A stretch of DNA of 64,000 nt from Chrysemys picta bellii (GCF_011386835.1 NC_088802.1:9238001-9302000), one strand, 5' to 3'. Positions 22,669-35,988 are shown, counted from the first letter of the stretch. Made by a program: numbers and translations. The notes: generated by a model from the letters alone, not told the origin.

Positions 22669-25600
22669 CAACAGCACCCAGCCCCTGGGCCCTAGCTCCT
22701 CATGGGCGGTCGGCACCAGGCAGTTCCCAGATCTTCCTCTGCTTCAGGCAGGGGCTGGGTCTCTCTGCACGGAGCTGCCACGGAACTGATTGAGGTGACA
22801 CAGCGGAGAGTCCAGGTTCACCAGCTAAGGGCGGGGACAGAAAGGAGACAGGCTTGACTGAGATCAGAGAAATAGCCCCACGGGGCAAGTGTCCTGCCCT
22901 CTGCCTATGCCAGACAGATCACTGGCCAGCGAGTCCAGTTACCTCATGTCTCCCTGCCCCAGATCACTGGCCAGCTAATCCTTTTCCTCTGCAACGAATG
23001 AGGCCATTGACCCTTTTAGCCCTGTAGTCCACTCCCTCCACCCTCCACACAAATTCACAGGCTCACAAACCCCTCCCCACAATAACAGATCAGATTTCCT
23101 CTCCACTCCCTGCCAGAGAGCACCTGATGAAGGAATATGCAAATATTCTGCTCTCCTTTCCACACATGGGGAAACTGAGGCTCAGCGCACAGATGATACT
23201 TGCCCAAAGTCAGTGGTGGAAATAGGAATAGAACTGAGTGGCCCTCATTCCCAGTATAGTGGCCAAACCAGTAGACCACATTGCCTTGCAGAAAGAAGGA
23301 AACGTTTATTGGACTCAGTCCTGGACTAGCCAATGTGCACTAGCTGCACTTGCATGGGGCCCCTGCAATTCCATGCACCAGGTCGCAACATCACTCACTC
23401 AAATTTGGCCCGTCCAACCCACCCCGCATCACCTCTGTCACAATGGAGGGTTTGGTGCGGGATCGTGCGAGTGAGGGCTGGGTGGTGGGAGGGAGCGGAT
23501 TTGGGTGGCCAGGGTCGAGAGAAGCTGATTTCATTCGGGATGGGAGCCGACTGCTGAGCCAGGGGGTGCGCTGGTGAGTGGCTAGGAAGGGCCCAGTGGT
23601 GGTGGGTGAGGTGCTGCTGGTGAGTTTTGCGGTGAGTTGGGGAGGTGCGGGGGCAGGGCTGTGGGTGACGGGAATGCTGGGAGTTGGGATGAGTTGGGGA
23701 GAATGGGGGTGTTGGGGAGAAGGGGTTGGGGGTTGGCATTTTGCAGACTGTACCCAGGGGGACTGAGGTGTGGGGGGCTGCAGCGAGCCGGGTGTATGTC
23801 AGGGCTGCTGGGATATGTATGGGGAAGGAGGGGAATTTGGGGGTATGTCTGAGGGGAGGGACATGTGTTGGGTGGGATGGGAGGGACATCCGGGGGTCTG
23901 TGTGGGATGGGGGCCTTTTGCTGTCTAGTTTATGGAAGGTGGGGGGACTCTCAAATTCCACAGTGCACAGAGCCCCTATAGTCTTTAATCCAGGCCTGCC
24001 TGGACTCCAACCCAAACAGACCTTAGTTGAGGTTCAGCCTATTCTCACTTTCCCCGGACTCCACACACACATTCCTCTTCCACTGCTGGTAGTTTTCACA
24101 CACCTCTAAATGCTTAGCAAAGGGAATTCTGGGTGCCTTAGGGTGCCTTGACCCCACCCACCCACTGCTGTGCCTGATATTAAGTCACCGAGTATTGCTC
24201 GGAAACAAAGAGAACGCAGGAGTCCTGCCTCCCTGCTCCCTTGTCTAATCCACTCCCCTCCCAGAGGTGGAAAGAGAACCCAGGCATCCGGGGGGTCTCA
24301 GCTGTGACTTCCAGAGGTCACTGCCATGCACTAACCCCAGCATCCAGCCCTCAGCGCTGACTCGCTCTGAGAACTGTCTCAGCTCGACTCACCCCATGGG
24401 AAGGGACAATCTCTGCTGCATGACTCTGTGGACCACAGGGCTTGGGCTGGGGTCACAACGCCAGCGATGGGTCTGAGGGCTGGGAGACGAGACCTGGTGT
24501 CTAGGGGAGCCCTGGGGACAGATGGGGCTGTGACTAGCGCGGGGGTTGTGGCCCCAATCCTGGTGCATTACTCAGGGGCTGGGGTCACTCCTCCCCAGGC
24601 CAATCTCCCCTAGATGGCTTGGCTGGAGCAGTCTCCTGGACAATTGGGTGCCCAGGGCCCTGGGGTATCACAAACCGCACCAGCCAAGTCCCAGCCCCTT
24701 GGGAGGCTTCAGGGAGTCACATCTCCCACCTCCTTCCCGGCTCCAAAGTCCATAAAGGCCCTGCCTGCTCCCTCCCCTTCACATACGGCCCCATGCACTC
24801 AGGGACAGCTAGCATCAGCTGCACAAGGAGGAACCTCCCACAGTCACAGAGACACAGGACCCTTCTCAGCTGTGCTTCAGAGCTGGGGCAGCCCAGGCGT
24901 CGTGTGACACCAGGGCTGGGGTAGGTGAGGGAGCAGGGACACAGCCTGGGATCCTACCTCCTTCCAGCCATCCACTGTACTTCTCCAGATCTATCCAGCT
25001 CTCTGGGTCTCTCCCCAACTCGCTATCCTTCTGATTGTCCGCCTCTCTTTCTCTCCGTCTCTATCCTTCTATCCATCTACCTCTCCACCCTCCAGCCTTC
25101 TATCCATCCACCTCTCTGCAGATCTCTCTGCTCTTCTATCCATCTCTTTATTGCTCCTTTTATCCATCCTTCTCTCTGTCTCTCTTTCTGTCCTAACAAT
25201 TCACCTCTCATCCATCCTCTCCTCTCTCGGACTCTCCCTCTCTTTTCCTGTCCGTGCACGTCTGGCATCCATCAGTCCATCCACACTCTCTCTCCATTTC
25301 TCTCCCTCTATCCATCTCTCTGTCTCCTCCCCATCTCTGGGATTTCTTTCGATCTATCACTGTGGTCTCTGGGCTTCTAGGAGACCCTGCCAGTTGAGAG
25401 ACGCTCCCTCCCAGCCTGGGGCAACCTGCCACAAGGTATTTCACTCACACACCAAGCGGGCTTGTTTCCTGGGATGACGGGGTACCCTGTGACCATGCAA
25501 CACTGGCTCTGAGCATCCAGTCTGCCACATTCTACTCCTTTTGAGACCCACCCCAAGGCTCCGGCACTGTGGGGGGTGGCACCACCTGCAGCCTGTGCGC

Positions 25601-25838
25601 TTCCAGAGCCGGATGTGGATGGTGCTGACCCACGACAGGGGGCAAACTTAGCTGGTCTCCCTGACCCCAGAACATCCTTAGACATTCAGCTCCACAGCTC
25701 GGGGCTGCCTCATCCCAGGGACTGGGGGGCTCAGCGCAGGGGAGCAGAGACTCCAGACTCTGCCCTGGCATCGGAGCATCTGAGCCGCCCGGAGCTGCCC
25801 GGACAGGAGGAACCTGGGGAGAGCAGAGCCGGAGGTGA

Positions 25839-25844
25839 ATGGAG
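25839..25844 (+). CDS. Predicted first coding stub (Met-Glu) of OR copy C
   Basis: TGA ATG GAG|gtgagt identical to copy A; phase 0 with the acceptor ending at 28119. Confidence 0.65.
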
Positions 25845-28119
25845 GTGAGTCCGGGTTTTTTTCCACCACTCGTTCATGCTTATTACTGGGGAGGGGCCAG
25901 GAGCTGGGGAGCATGTGGGCTGGTTAGATTTCTTAGCTCTGTGCGATGGGTCTGATAAAACTTCCCTGCCTCCCAGGGGTGATGTGAGGATAAACCCACT
26001 AGAGATTGTTGGGTGCTGAGATATTGTGGTGCTGGGGGGCAGACAAGTGCCATCGATTGGTAGATTTGATTAGCGTTGGAATCCAGGGTCCCTAACCCAC
26101 AAACATGCAGGGAGAACTTTGCACAGGTGAGTAGTTAATCACCTGGGTGAGGGTCTGCAGGACGGTGTTTGTAAAGTGCCGTGTAAACCTGTTGTCCCGT
26201 GAGGGGCCCTGATCCTGCAAAGATCTACGCACGTGCTTAACATAAGCCCACGGGCAACCCCACTGTAAGTGGTTTGGGTAAAGGAGATTAGGGCCAGTAG
26301 GAAGCATGGGCCACATTTACAAAGGGATTTAGGTGCCTGCAAGTGCAGATGAGTGCTAGGTGCCTAACTCCTATTGGGACCAAAGGAATTAGAAAATCTT
26401 TTGGAAAATCCCACTTGTTGCCTATCTGCATATTTAGCCCTATATGAGTCCATAATCTCCCTGAATATCAGTGGGGTTTGGGTGCATCATTCCTTAAAGC
26501 TGCTTTGGAAACCCCAGCTCTAACTGCTCATAGGATTCCGGGCTGCAATCCAGATTAATGAGGGGTTGGGTCACTCCTGCCCTGCTACCTTGGCTGCCTC
26601 ACAATGTTTTGTTCTTGTAGCTTCCAACCTGGGTCGCTCACAAGCAGCCTGACAGCATGCAGGTCACACCCTGAGTGTCTGTGTATAGCCACAGCCCTGA
26701 TCCAGCAACTCTGACCCCAGCAGCCTGTCCGCAAACACCAGCCACACTGTGGCTTCCTGGAGCCTTGGTTACCACTTGCAGGGTGACCACAACAAACTCC
26801 CAGTCCCAAATTCCCCCCCAAGACTTGGGTTCTGCACTGCCCGGCCTCTTCCTGGACAGTTCAGATATTGTAGGTCCGTTGCCTCTCTACGGAGATCAAT
26901 ATCCAACAGTTTGCTACTTTAAATGGAGTTACCCCCACAATTCAGTTTAAATGCAGTTTGGATTATGTTTATTTAACTACGAAGAGACAGGTTTCATGTG
27001 AGTACAAGTATAAGACATTCAAGTCAGAAATGGTTACAGGAGAAGTAAAGGGAAAACACTTCCTAGTACTAAAATTAACAAACTAGACTTGGCTCCAGGT
27101 GAAATCCCTTCCACATGTTCCCAGTAACATTGCTGAGCCAATTCTTAGACCAGGATCTGCTCCCAAAGTCCAAACGCTGTTTCTTTTGTCTTCTTAGGGG
27201 AAAGAGAGCGAGAGATGGATAGGGAGAGATCCCTTGGAGTGTTTCTCCTCCTCACTTTTATAGTCCAGTCACCCTTTGATATGCATTTTCTTGAGGGTTC
27301 TGCCTAGCTAAAGTTCATTCCTGCTGCAAGGGCGGAGACAAGGAGTCTAATGGTGAAGGAGATGCCATGCTGTTGTTTGCTTCAATGCAGATCGGGTTGT
27401 TCCTGCCCCACTTCCTTGCCAAAGACTGGCCACTTGATAAGTGATTGCCCATCGCCTTTGATGACACCTGGCCAGACTCCTTTGTGTTTAAGAAACTGAT
27501 TTACCCAGACTTGTCTGGTAAACGTATTTCCGACCTAATGGACATGGAGAACAATTGATCACCATCCTCTTTATGACAAAGTTTCACATAGTTGAAGACT
27601 GTTACCAGGTCCCCCTTCAACCTTCTCTCCTCTAGACTAACCATACCCAGTTCTTTCACCCATAAGAGGGGCAGAGGACAGTTAGCGCTGCAAATTTGGG
27701 TTCATAGTTAGGAGCCCCAGTCGTGACCAGGATCTGTACAAATACAGAATAAAAGGAACAAAACAAAGCAGCCTCTGTCCCAAAGACCTTATAATCTAAG
27801 CATCTATTTATCTATCACATTCTATTGCTCCCATCAACTGCCACAGATCCAGTTTTCTAGGACACTTTAATTCCCTGATATATGGATCTTCCTTCGTCAC
27901 TAACTGCTGCAGAACCACTTTTCTGCGACAAAGTATTTCCCTGGCAGAAGGATCCTACCTGCCACCCAATTGGCCCAGATTTTCAATGACAAAGTCACAA
28001 GCGGGCGTGGTTCATTCAGAGCAAATGGGGTTGCCCATAAATGTGCCCTTGAATGTGTCTCCTTTGTGTATGGCTGTTGGGGCTCCTTTCATCCTTATCT
28101 TTGTCCCTTCTCGCTGCAG

Positions 28120-29064
28120 GAGGAAAGAGGGAATGGGAGTTCCCAGTTCGAGTTCATCCTATTGGGGGTCTCTGACCAACCACGCCTGGAGATGCTGCTT
28201 TTCGTGGTGTTCCTGGTCTTGTACATCCTGAACCTGGTGGGGAACCTGACCATCATTGTGGTCTTGTGGCTGGAACCCTGTCTCCACACCCCTATGTATT
28301 TCTTCCTCAGCAACCTCTCTTTCCTGGACCTTTGCTACACCACCAGCACCATTCCTCAGATGCTGGTGAACTTCCGCAGCACCCACAAGTCCATCACCTG
28401 GGCCGGCTGCGTGGCCCAGCTCTACGTCTTCCTCTCGCTGGGCTGCACCGAGTGCCTCCTCCTGGTCGTCATGGCCTACGACCGCTACGTCGCCATCTGC
28501 CAGCCGCTGCGCTACACAATCGTCATGAGCCGCCGCCTCTGCATGCAGATGGCGGCCACTGTCTGGTTGAGCGGCTTCGGCAACTCCATCCTGCAGACCA
28601 TCCTGACTGTGCGGCTGCCCCGGTGTGGGAGGAACCGGATCGACCACTTCTTCTGCGAGGTTCCGGCCCTGCTCAAACTGGCCTGTGTTGACACCTCCGC
28701 TAACGAGGCCGAGGCTTTTGCTGTCAGTGTGATCTTCCTGCTGGTGCCGCTGGGCCTCATCCTAGTCTCCTACAGCTACATCGTCGCCGCTGTGCTTAGG
28801 ATTCGCTCGGCCCAGGGCAGGCTCAAGGCCTTCAACACCTGTGCCTCCCACCTGGCCGTGGTGTCGCTCTTCTACGGCACGGCCATTTTCATGTATCTAC
28901 AACCTCCGTCCAGCTACTCCCAGGACCGGGGCAAGATGGTCTCCCTCTTCTATGGCATCATCGCCCCCATGCTGAACTCGCTGATCTACACCCTGAGGAA
29001 CAAGGATGTGCACGGGGCCCTAAGGAGGGTGCTGGGGAGGTTATTCGGGAGTAAGAGGACATGA
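28120..29064 (+). CDS. Olfactory receptor, class II, family-2-like, copy C main exon (314 aa; 316 aa spliced)
   Basis: Same OR motifs as copy A (MAYDRYVAIC, KAFNTCASHL, PMLNSLIYTLRN); uninterrupted frame; acceptor ctgcag at 28114-28119. Confidence 0.93.
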   Translation, partial: EERGNGSSQFEFILLGVSDQPRLEMLLFVVFLVLYILNLVGNLTIIVVLWLEPCLHTPMYFFLSNLSFLDLCYTTSTIPQMLVNFRSTHKSITWAGCVAQLYVFLSLGCTECLLLVVMAYDRYVAICQPLRYTIVMSRRLCMQMAATVWLSGFGNSILQTILTVRLPRCGRNRIDHFFCEVPALLKLACVDTSANEAEAFAVSVIFLLVPLGLILVSYSYIVAAVLRIRSAQGRLKAFNTCASHLAVVSLFYGTAIFMYLQPPSSYSQDRGKMVSLFYGIIAPMLNSLIYTLRNKDVHGALRRVLGRLFGSKRT

Positions 29065-32000
29065 GCCAGATAAATGAATTGTGACTGGTTGGCTTGGTTG
29101 TCTATGGGGCAGCAGTTCTGATCCAGCCTCAGGCCAGGGGGACTGGCTGGCTCAGGGGGCCAGGCAATGGACAATGGAGCCTTTCCCATCTAGGAGGTCT
29201 GCATTTTAATCTGTCTGTTCATGTCCACACATGGCGCTGGGACTGGGAAACCAGAGGTCACTCACCATGAGCCCCAGAAGGCAGAAGAGCATTTCAAGGC
29301 CTGGTGGACAGTGTTGAGCACCTGGCTCTGAATGGAGGAGATGGAGTGATGTGGGCATCTCTCTGCACCAGATCCAGCCAGCACAGACCATACCCCTGCC
29401 CCTCCCCCATATAATATACCTCAGATTCTCTTTTATTCAATATTGATCTAAAAAAAACCCTCCAATGTTGCCCCTTCTCTGTTTAATTCTCTGATATGGA
29501 TAGTCTGGGGGTTTCTTCCCCATTCTCATGTTAAACTGCAGCTACTTCGGCATTTGGAGGGAAAAAACTGATGCCGATCATTGCTCGAAATTGTGGATGG
29601 GGTTAATGAAGGTATTAAACTCATTTGAATCAACTTTCCCTTCAGATTTTTCCTCTTTTCTCTCAATTACCAAATAGTGATCTAAAATCCCCTCAGATTT
29701 TCTCTTTATTGACTATTGATAGAAATTTCTCTCAATTTATGGACTCCTCAAGTTGGGCACCTTTCCCACTAAATTATAGAATATTGATCTAAAATCCCCC
29801 CAGATTTGGCCATTTTTTTTTTCTTTAATTGCTGAATACTGGGAAAGAAACTCTCCCACTTTAGGGTCTTTTTCCCACCTCCCATTTTAAGTTGAAGCCA
29901 CATCTGCTTTTGGAGGGAACCAGCTGGCTTGAGTTCTTGACCCACATGGTGGATGAAGAAAAGGAGGATGTTAACCCCCCTCTGATCTACTTTCTTCTCA
30001 GATTTGACCCCTTTACTCACTCAGTCTCAAACAGAGATCTCGCACCCTCTCAAATGTTTTCCCTTTTCTCTCAGCTGTTGAAGGTTCATATGAAATGGCT
30101 GCAGATTTGGGGGTTCCTCCCCTCCATTTTATGCTGCAAGAAATTCTCCTGGTCTTGGGAAGAAGTGATTAGGCCAAATCATTACCCCATGGGGTGAATG
30201 ACTGGGGGAAGGAGTTTAAACATCCCAATGAACAAATTTCCCCTCCTTTAGGAGAATCAAATTCTTTTCTCTTTTGGAAATCAAAACCAGTGTGTTTGCT
30301 GATTTGAGTGACTTGCGCAATTCTTAACATACATCAAGGCTAAAAATCTTCACCTCTCCAGCTGGTAACTGACCTGACAGAGGCTGTCCATCACAGTTGC
30401 CCACATGAGCACCATCTCTGAGCTGTCCATCCTCAGTTTCCACCCAATCCCAATTGCCATGAAATCTTCATATTCTGGTTCCAACCTCCCCTCCCGTCTC
30501 TCCTGCTAAAGCGGAAAGCCCAAAGGGACTGTGGAGTTGTAGCGTGGGCAGCAATGCATCTTGGGAAAGTGGGCATAGATATTAAAGAGCTGTGTCCTTT
30601 CCAGGAAGCCAGAGACCAGGGAAGCGATGAGATTAAGTCCTGGTCTATCATGGCGGATAGGTCCATCAATCGCTATTAGCCAAGATGGCCAGCGATGCAA
30701 CCCCAACCATGCTTTGAATGTCCCTAGCCTTTGATTGCCAGAAGCTGTGAATGGACAACAGGGAATGGATCACTTGATGATTGCCCTGTTCTGTTCATTC
30801 CCTCTGAACCACCTGACATTGGCCACTGATAAAAGACAAGATACTGGGCTAGGTGGACTATTGGTCTGACCCAGTATGGGCATTGTTATGTTCTTATGTA
30901 CTAAAAATTAGATTGACCTAGCTACATTGCTCAGGGATGTGAAAATGTTTTTGCCCTGAGCACTGTAGTTAGCTCAACCTAACCCCCGGTGTAGACACAT
31001 CTAGGCCGAAGAAAGAATTCTTCTGTCAACCTAGCTACCGCCTCTCAGAGAAGTGAATTAATGACATCAATGGAAAAACCCCTTCCATCGATGTAGGAAG
31101 ATTCTACAGAGACCAGCTCTGTGCCAGGGATGACTACTAATCTCTGAGTCTTGTGGAGCAGTATCTTAGAGCATGGGAATTTGTGACTCTTTCTTGTTGC
31201 GATGACTTTTAATATTTGCCTGAATAATCTTCTTTAAACAGCAGCTCCGGAGAAAATAAAGTCCCTGCCCAAGAAAGAGCTTCGCAAAGGATGTTTACCT
31301 GATGTGTAACCTTGTACTATTTCTTAAAAGTCTTGAGGATCATTTGGGTTGAAAGGGGCTGTACATCATTCTCATCGGCTCCATTCAAGATGTGGCAGGG
31401 AGGCGGCAATGTCCAGTGGTTAGAGAGGGTCTGCTGATGAAGGGAAGGTAGAAGAAGGGAATTTGAAGCCAGTGGGAGTCTGGACTCCTGGCTTCTGTTC
31501 TCAGCTCTGGGAAGGGAATGGAGTCTAGTGGGTCAGCGCAGAGAGGAGCCTGGGAGCCTGGGTCTATCCCTGGCACTAGACAAAAAAAATGATTTTGTTT
31601 CTATGTAATTAATTATAAAGCAATGAATGATAATAAAATAATGACTGCAATAAATCAATGATGACCATAAAATAAAAATAAAACATACGTGGGCAGGCAG
31701 ACTGAGCGAGACAGCGACACGAGGCGCTAGCGGATCCACAAGGGGGCAGCTGGAGAGATTGTCAATATCGCTGCAGTTTAACAGGTGTATCACCAGGCTT
31801 GGCAGAATTCCAGTTTTATGTTTTTATAATTTCAATGTTTATTTTAGGCATTTTTTAATGTTATCGATTTACATCGTTGCAGTTGTGGGAATTAATCAGG
31901 ATAAGCAACAAGGGGATTAGACAATAATTATTTAATGAGTTAATAGGCGTTGAGATTCAAAAACGTTAAAGCTTTATCAGCGTTAAAACATATTGTCCCC

Positions 32001-32234
32001 ATCACATGTCTAAATATACAATGGAAATATCCGTATATCAAACTGGAATAAATTCTCAAGCAGGCTTTTTCTTGGGTTGCCTGTCTGTTAATGTTGATTA
32101 CTACTGATGTGGAAATGTTTTTTTGGGGCTGCGTGTGTGCACGGTGAAATCGACGTTTACTGATCAAAACTTAATCCTTCCAAGTCCAATGTATAATAGG
32201 GAGGGTTCATTTGGCTCCCAACTAATGCCACATA

Positions 32235-32429
32235 CAGATACCCCCAACTTACGCAATCGTTCCGTTCCGGAAAGCCTTGCGTAACTTGAATTTTTCATAA
32301 GTTGGAAACCTATACCCATACGTTACGCAAAAATTTCCGCAACTCGAAAATCCTATTTCTGGCTTATGGAACTTTTTCCGTAAGTGCAAATTTGTGTAAG
32401 TTGGGTCTTGCTAACGCTGTGAACGTCTG
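32235..32429. mobile_element. TcMar (Tigger-like) MITE
   Basis: TA|cagatacccccaacttacgca ... tgtgtaagttgggt...cgtctg|TA; imperfect TIRs with TA flanks. Confidence 0.6.
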
Positions 32430-32588
32430 TACCTCCACACATGTGTGGACATGTGTGCACATGGGTGCAGGCAGGGATATAGGCCAGATGTTTAATTTTT
32501 CTCCAGTACAGACAGGAACATCTGTGGGAGATCCAGGGGTCTGGGAACAATGGGGGGTGGGCTAAGGAGACTGGAAGCAAGGGGTCAA

Positions 32589-32780
32589 GTATCAGGGGGT
32601 AGCCGTGTTAGTCTGTATCTACAAAAACAACAAGGAGTCTGGTGGCACCTTAAAGACTAACAGATTTATTTGGGCATAAGCTTTCGTGAGTAAAAACCTC
32701 ACTTCTTGCATCCGAAGAAAGCTTATGCCCAAATAAATCTGTTAGTCTTTAAGGTGCCACCAGACTCCTTGTTGTTTTTG
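32589..32780. mobile_element. Penelope-like terminal repeat fragment arranged as a perfect 64-bp inverted repeat
   Basis: 32622-32685 is the exact reverse complement of 32717-32780, with a 31-nt loop. Family assignment from recalled similarity (gtagccgtgttagtctgtat...gtggcacctt). Confidence 0.65.
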
Positions 32781-33479
32781 GAAGCAAGGGGTTGACCCAA
32801 GGGGGAGGGCCAGGAAGAAAGGGGCGGGGCCAGGAAATAGGGAGAGACTACAAGAGGGCGTGGCCAAGGAGGGGTAGAGGTGAGAGGGCCATGAAACAGG
32901 GGGCGGGCCAAGAGGTTGGAAGCAGGAGGAGGGGCCATGGGAGCTGGGAAGGAGAAATGGGGAGGAACCATTATTCAGTCCCTTAGGTTCGCAGTGAGCC
33001 TCACCCCACACCCCCGCTGGGGCCTAGTTTGGTTTCTCCCTCCCGATCCCACAGCCCAACAGAAAAGGTTCTCTTCAGCCCTCCTCCCTCGGGCCGTACC
33101 ACAGCCCCCAGTAGAGGGGTATCTGGAGGAAAGATACCAACTCTCAGCGCTTCGCCCTCCCGGCCACACCAACGTGATAGGCACAGCGGGGGAAGAGGTG
33201 TAATAGCACTGCAAGAGGGAAGATGGAATCCTCCTCTTCCTCCCTGCAGGACTATTCAGCCCCCCCCCCTTGTGGGATTGGATTGTTCCAGACCCCTCCC
33301 CAGGTGGGGAATTGGGCGCGTCCATTCCGTCTATTGGGGGAGACATTGATAGTTACATCAAATCCGTCTGAGAAAGGTGTTTGGGGGGTGAATCCCAGAG
33401 AGAGAAAGGGGAGCGTTATGGGATGGAGCCTCAGCCTGGGGGTAATTTTAACCACAATGGAAGGAGGGTTCTCGTTCCC

Positions 33480-33930
33480 CCCGCTTCCGAGCCGAATGGT
33501 TTGCTCCGCAGGAAACCCAGATCCGGCTGCGCCGCCACGGTCGAGCCGTTGGGGTGGGCGGAGGGGGCGGGGTTTCGCATGTGGGCATGTCCAGTAAATG
33601 GGGGGGGTCTTACTGGGGGCGTGGCCCGAGGAAAATTCGGAAGGGGGCTTGACTCCCCGCCGGGCGAGGGGGAAGGAAGGAAGGGGGCGTGGTCAGCCTA
33701 AAACGTGGGGCGGGGCTAGGCTGGGGCGACGCTGGGCGGGTCGAGCGGTTGCTATGGGTTCGCTTCCGGCGCTGGCAGGCGGAAGTGGCTGGAACCTGGT
33801 GGTGATGCTGCTGTTGCTGAGGCGGCTCTGGGTCAGTGGGGAACGGGCGGGGGGTGGGAGGCAGGAGCAGCCTCGCGTCCCCGCGTGTTTCCAGGCGGAG
33901 CGGGAAGGAGCTGTCCCCATGTCGCCAGGC
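33480..33930 (+). promoter_or_regulatory. CpG-island housekeeping-type promoter and first exon, probably of MGAT1
   Basis: High CpG density; GC boxes (33564, ~33707); RFX-like GTTGCTATGG 33748; ETS sites CTTCCGG 33763 and GCGGAAGTG 33779; candidate donor G|gtcagt at 33832. The link to MGAT1 is inferred. Confidence 0.6.
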
Positions 33931-33942
33931 GGGGGGGTGGGA

Positions 33943-34250
33943 GGAGCTGCCCCCCATATCTCCAGGCGGGAGGAGTAAGGAGCTGCCCCCCATAGCCTCA
34001 GGAGGGGGGAGGAGCTGCCCCCCATATCTCCAGGTGGGAGGAGTAAGGAGCTGCCCCCCATAGCCTCAGGAGGGGGGAGGAGCTGCCCCCCATATCTCCA
34101 GGCGGGGGGGGTGGGAGGAGCTGCCCCCCATAGCCCCAGGAGGGGGGAGGAGCTGCCCCCCATATCTCCAGGCGGGAGGAGTAAGGAGCTGCCCCCCATA
34201 GCCTCAGGAGGGGGGAGGAGCTGTCCCCCATATCTCCAGGCGGGGGGACA
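33943..34250 (+). repeat. G-rich minisatellite, 68-bp higher-order unit made of 36- and 32-bp monomers
   Basis: ggagctgccccccatatctcc-type units start at 33943, 34011, 34079, 34149 and 34217. Confidence 0.92.
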
Positions 34251-35988
34251 GCTCCTCCCCACCCCATATCTCCAGGGCGGGTGGGCAGAGATGGACTGGG
34301 TAACTCAAGGATGAATAAATATACTATTATGTGGGGGGAAGAGAGAGGTTTCCAATGGGGTGAAGGTGCCGTCGGGCTGGAGCTCTGTATTAGGGTGATG
34401 TCCCATGGGATTGGAGGGGTTGTTGGGGTGAACATCCTTTGGGAGCAGCGTGAGGGAAAAGATTCTGCAGGGTGGACAGGGCAGAGTGAATGTACTGTGG
34501 GGCATGTACAGGAGGTGAGACCACATGGAAATCCCACAGGAGCAGTGGGGAAGCGGCATATTGGGTGGATGTGAGTAGAGAGGGGACATTGGTCAGATAT
34601 AGTACAGGAGGGTAGGTGGAGACAACATACCATGGGAGCAGTGGGGGAGGGACACCTTTGGAGAGGGGGGATATTGGGCAAACATCTCACAAGAGAGGAA
34701 GTGAAGATTTTGGGAGGATATATGATTGGAGCATAGTTGGGGAGGCATTATTGGGTGGATATACCACAAGAGAGGAAATGGAGCTATCCATAGGAGCAGA
34801 GTGTGGGTGGGATAATAGGTGGATATATTCCAGGAGAGGAGGAGGTTGATGTGACTGTAATAGGATTGAAGGGCCCTGGCTGTGTGATAGATGCTGTTAA
34901 CATTGGGACTACAGAGCAGGAAATTTAACCTTGTCCTGAGAAGCAGGTTTTTGTGTGAGGGGGCAGAGCCAGGGAAGCAGGTCTCAGTGATACTCATCCT
35001 CTGTTACCCGTCCTGAGTAGTAGGGGAATAAAGGCAATATGGAGGCTGATCCTGTTGGCATTAATACTAAAGAGCGGGGGTGGAAGCCAGGGTCTAATAC
35101 ACTTGTGTGTCTGTTACACAGAGCCAAGAAGGAATTGAAAGGAGACGAGGATGGCACTCCGTACCCACCTCCCGGATACGAGACTAGCTGGCTGGGATCT
35201 GGCAGGACTTTAGGAGATGGGACACCAGGGCTTTGGTTTGTCCCTGAAACTGATGGTGCGCCAACTTGTGCCTGGGGAGTGAGAGCTCACCAGGAGACAC
35301 GGATGAGCAGAGAGCTGCCGGACGGTAACAGCGATGAGGCGACGTGACCTGTGGGCAAGCTGCAGCAGCACTGATCGGGAGCGGTGAAAACCAGACTCTT
35401 GTATACGCTGCCACCCTCCTCCCCAGAGACCCGAGGGGCTGTAATGGCTTGATTCTCTGGGAGTCTTGAAAGACACTTGAGGAGAGACGGGGAGTTATTT
35501 CAAGGCTTGGAGAGACCAGTACAGAACTCGTCCGCTCCTTTCAGTGGGGGAAGCTTGGGGTGTGTTTATTAGCTTTGAACCAGGATAGGGGGAGCTGTGT
35601 GGCCCATTCAGGAGGTGGAGAGGCCCTTTCCTGCTGTTCCTCCTGCATTGAGTCCTCAAGTGAGGTCCTGAAAGGGGGAGGGGGGAGCCCAGATACCCCC
35701 CTCCCCCAGGAGAGAACCAGAGGCCAGGAGTCCACCAGAAACACTGAGCCGACACCAATCAGGTGAGATTTATTTATGATGTGCCTTTCAAAATTGGGAG
35801 AGAAGCTAGGCTTTCCTGCTGTTCTTTCCATTGTCCTCTTGTTTCTGTTGCCCACTGAAAGACGGTTTCCTTCTGCCTTGAGTCCATTCTGCAGAGGAAG
35901 TGACTGGGAAAAGAGAATGCATGTTGGAGGGTAAAGAAATCGCATTGGATGGTTAATCGGTGGAACTCATTGGCACAGGATTTTGAGG

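Larger units (their letters stand above)
20296..31910 (+). repeat. Tandem segmental duplication unit C, carries OR copy C
   Basis: 31780-31905 matches 20160-20290 and the match then ends; 21430-22150 matches 9563-10960. Confidence 0.85.

Noticed and set aside
1-31910. Triplication as a simple assembly artefact, and gene conversion between the copies
   Set aside because: The copies differ by many substitutions and by independent insertions with TSDs, which argues against artefact. Shared-difference patterns can be explained by copy-specific changes, so conversion cannot be claimed without an alignment-based test.
33693-34690. 189-aa and 230-aa minus-strand ORFs
   Set aside because: Translations of the G-rich minisatellite and adjacent low-complexity DNA.
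35002-35430. Possible solo LTR
   Set aside because: Begins with TGT and has an AATAAA, but I could not find a matching CA end or TSD.
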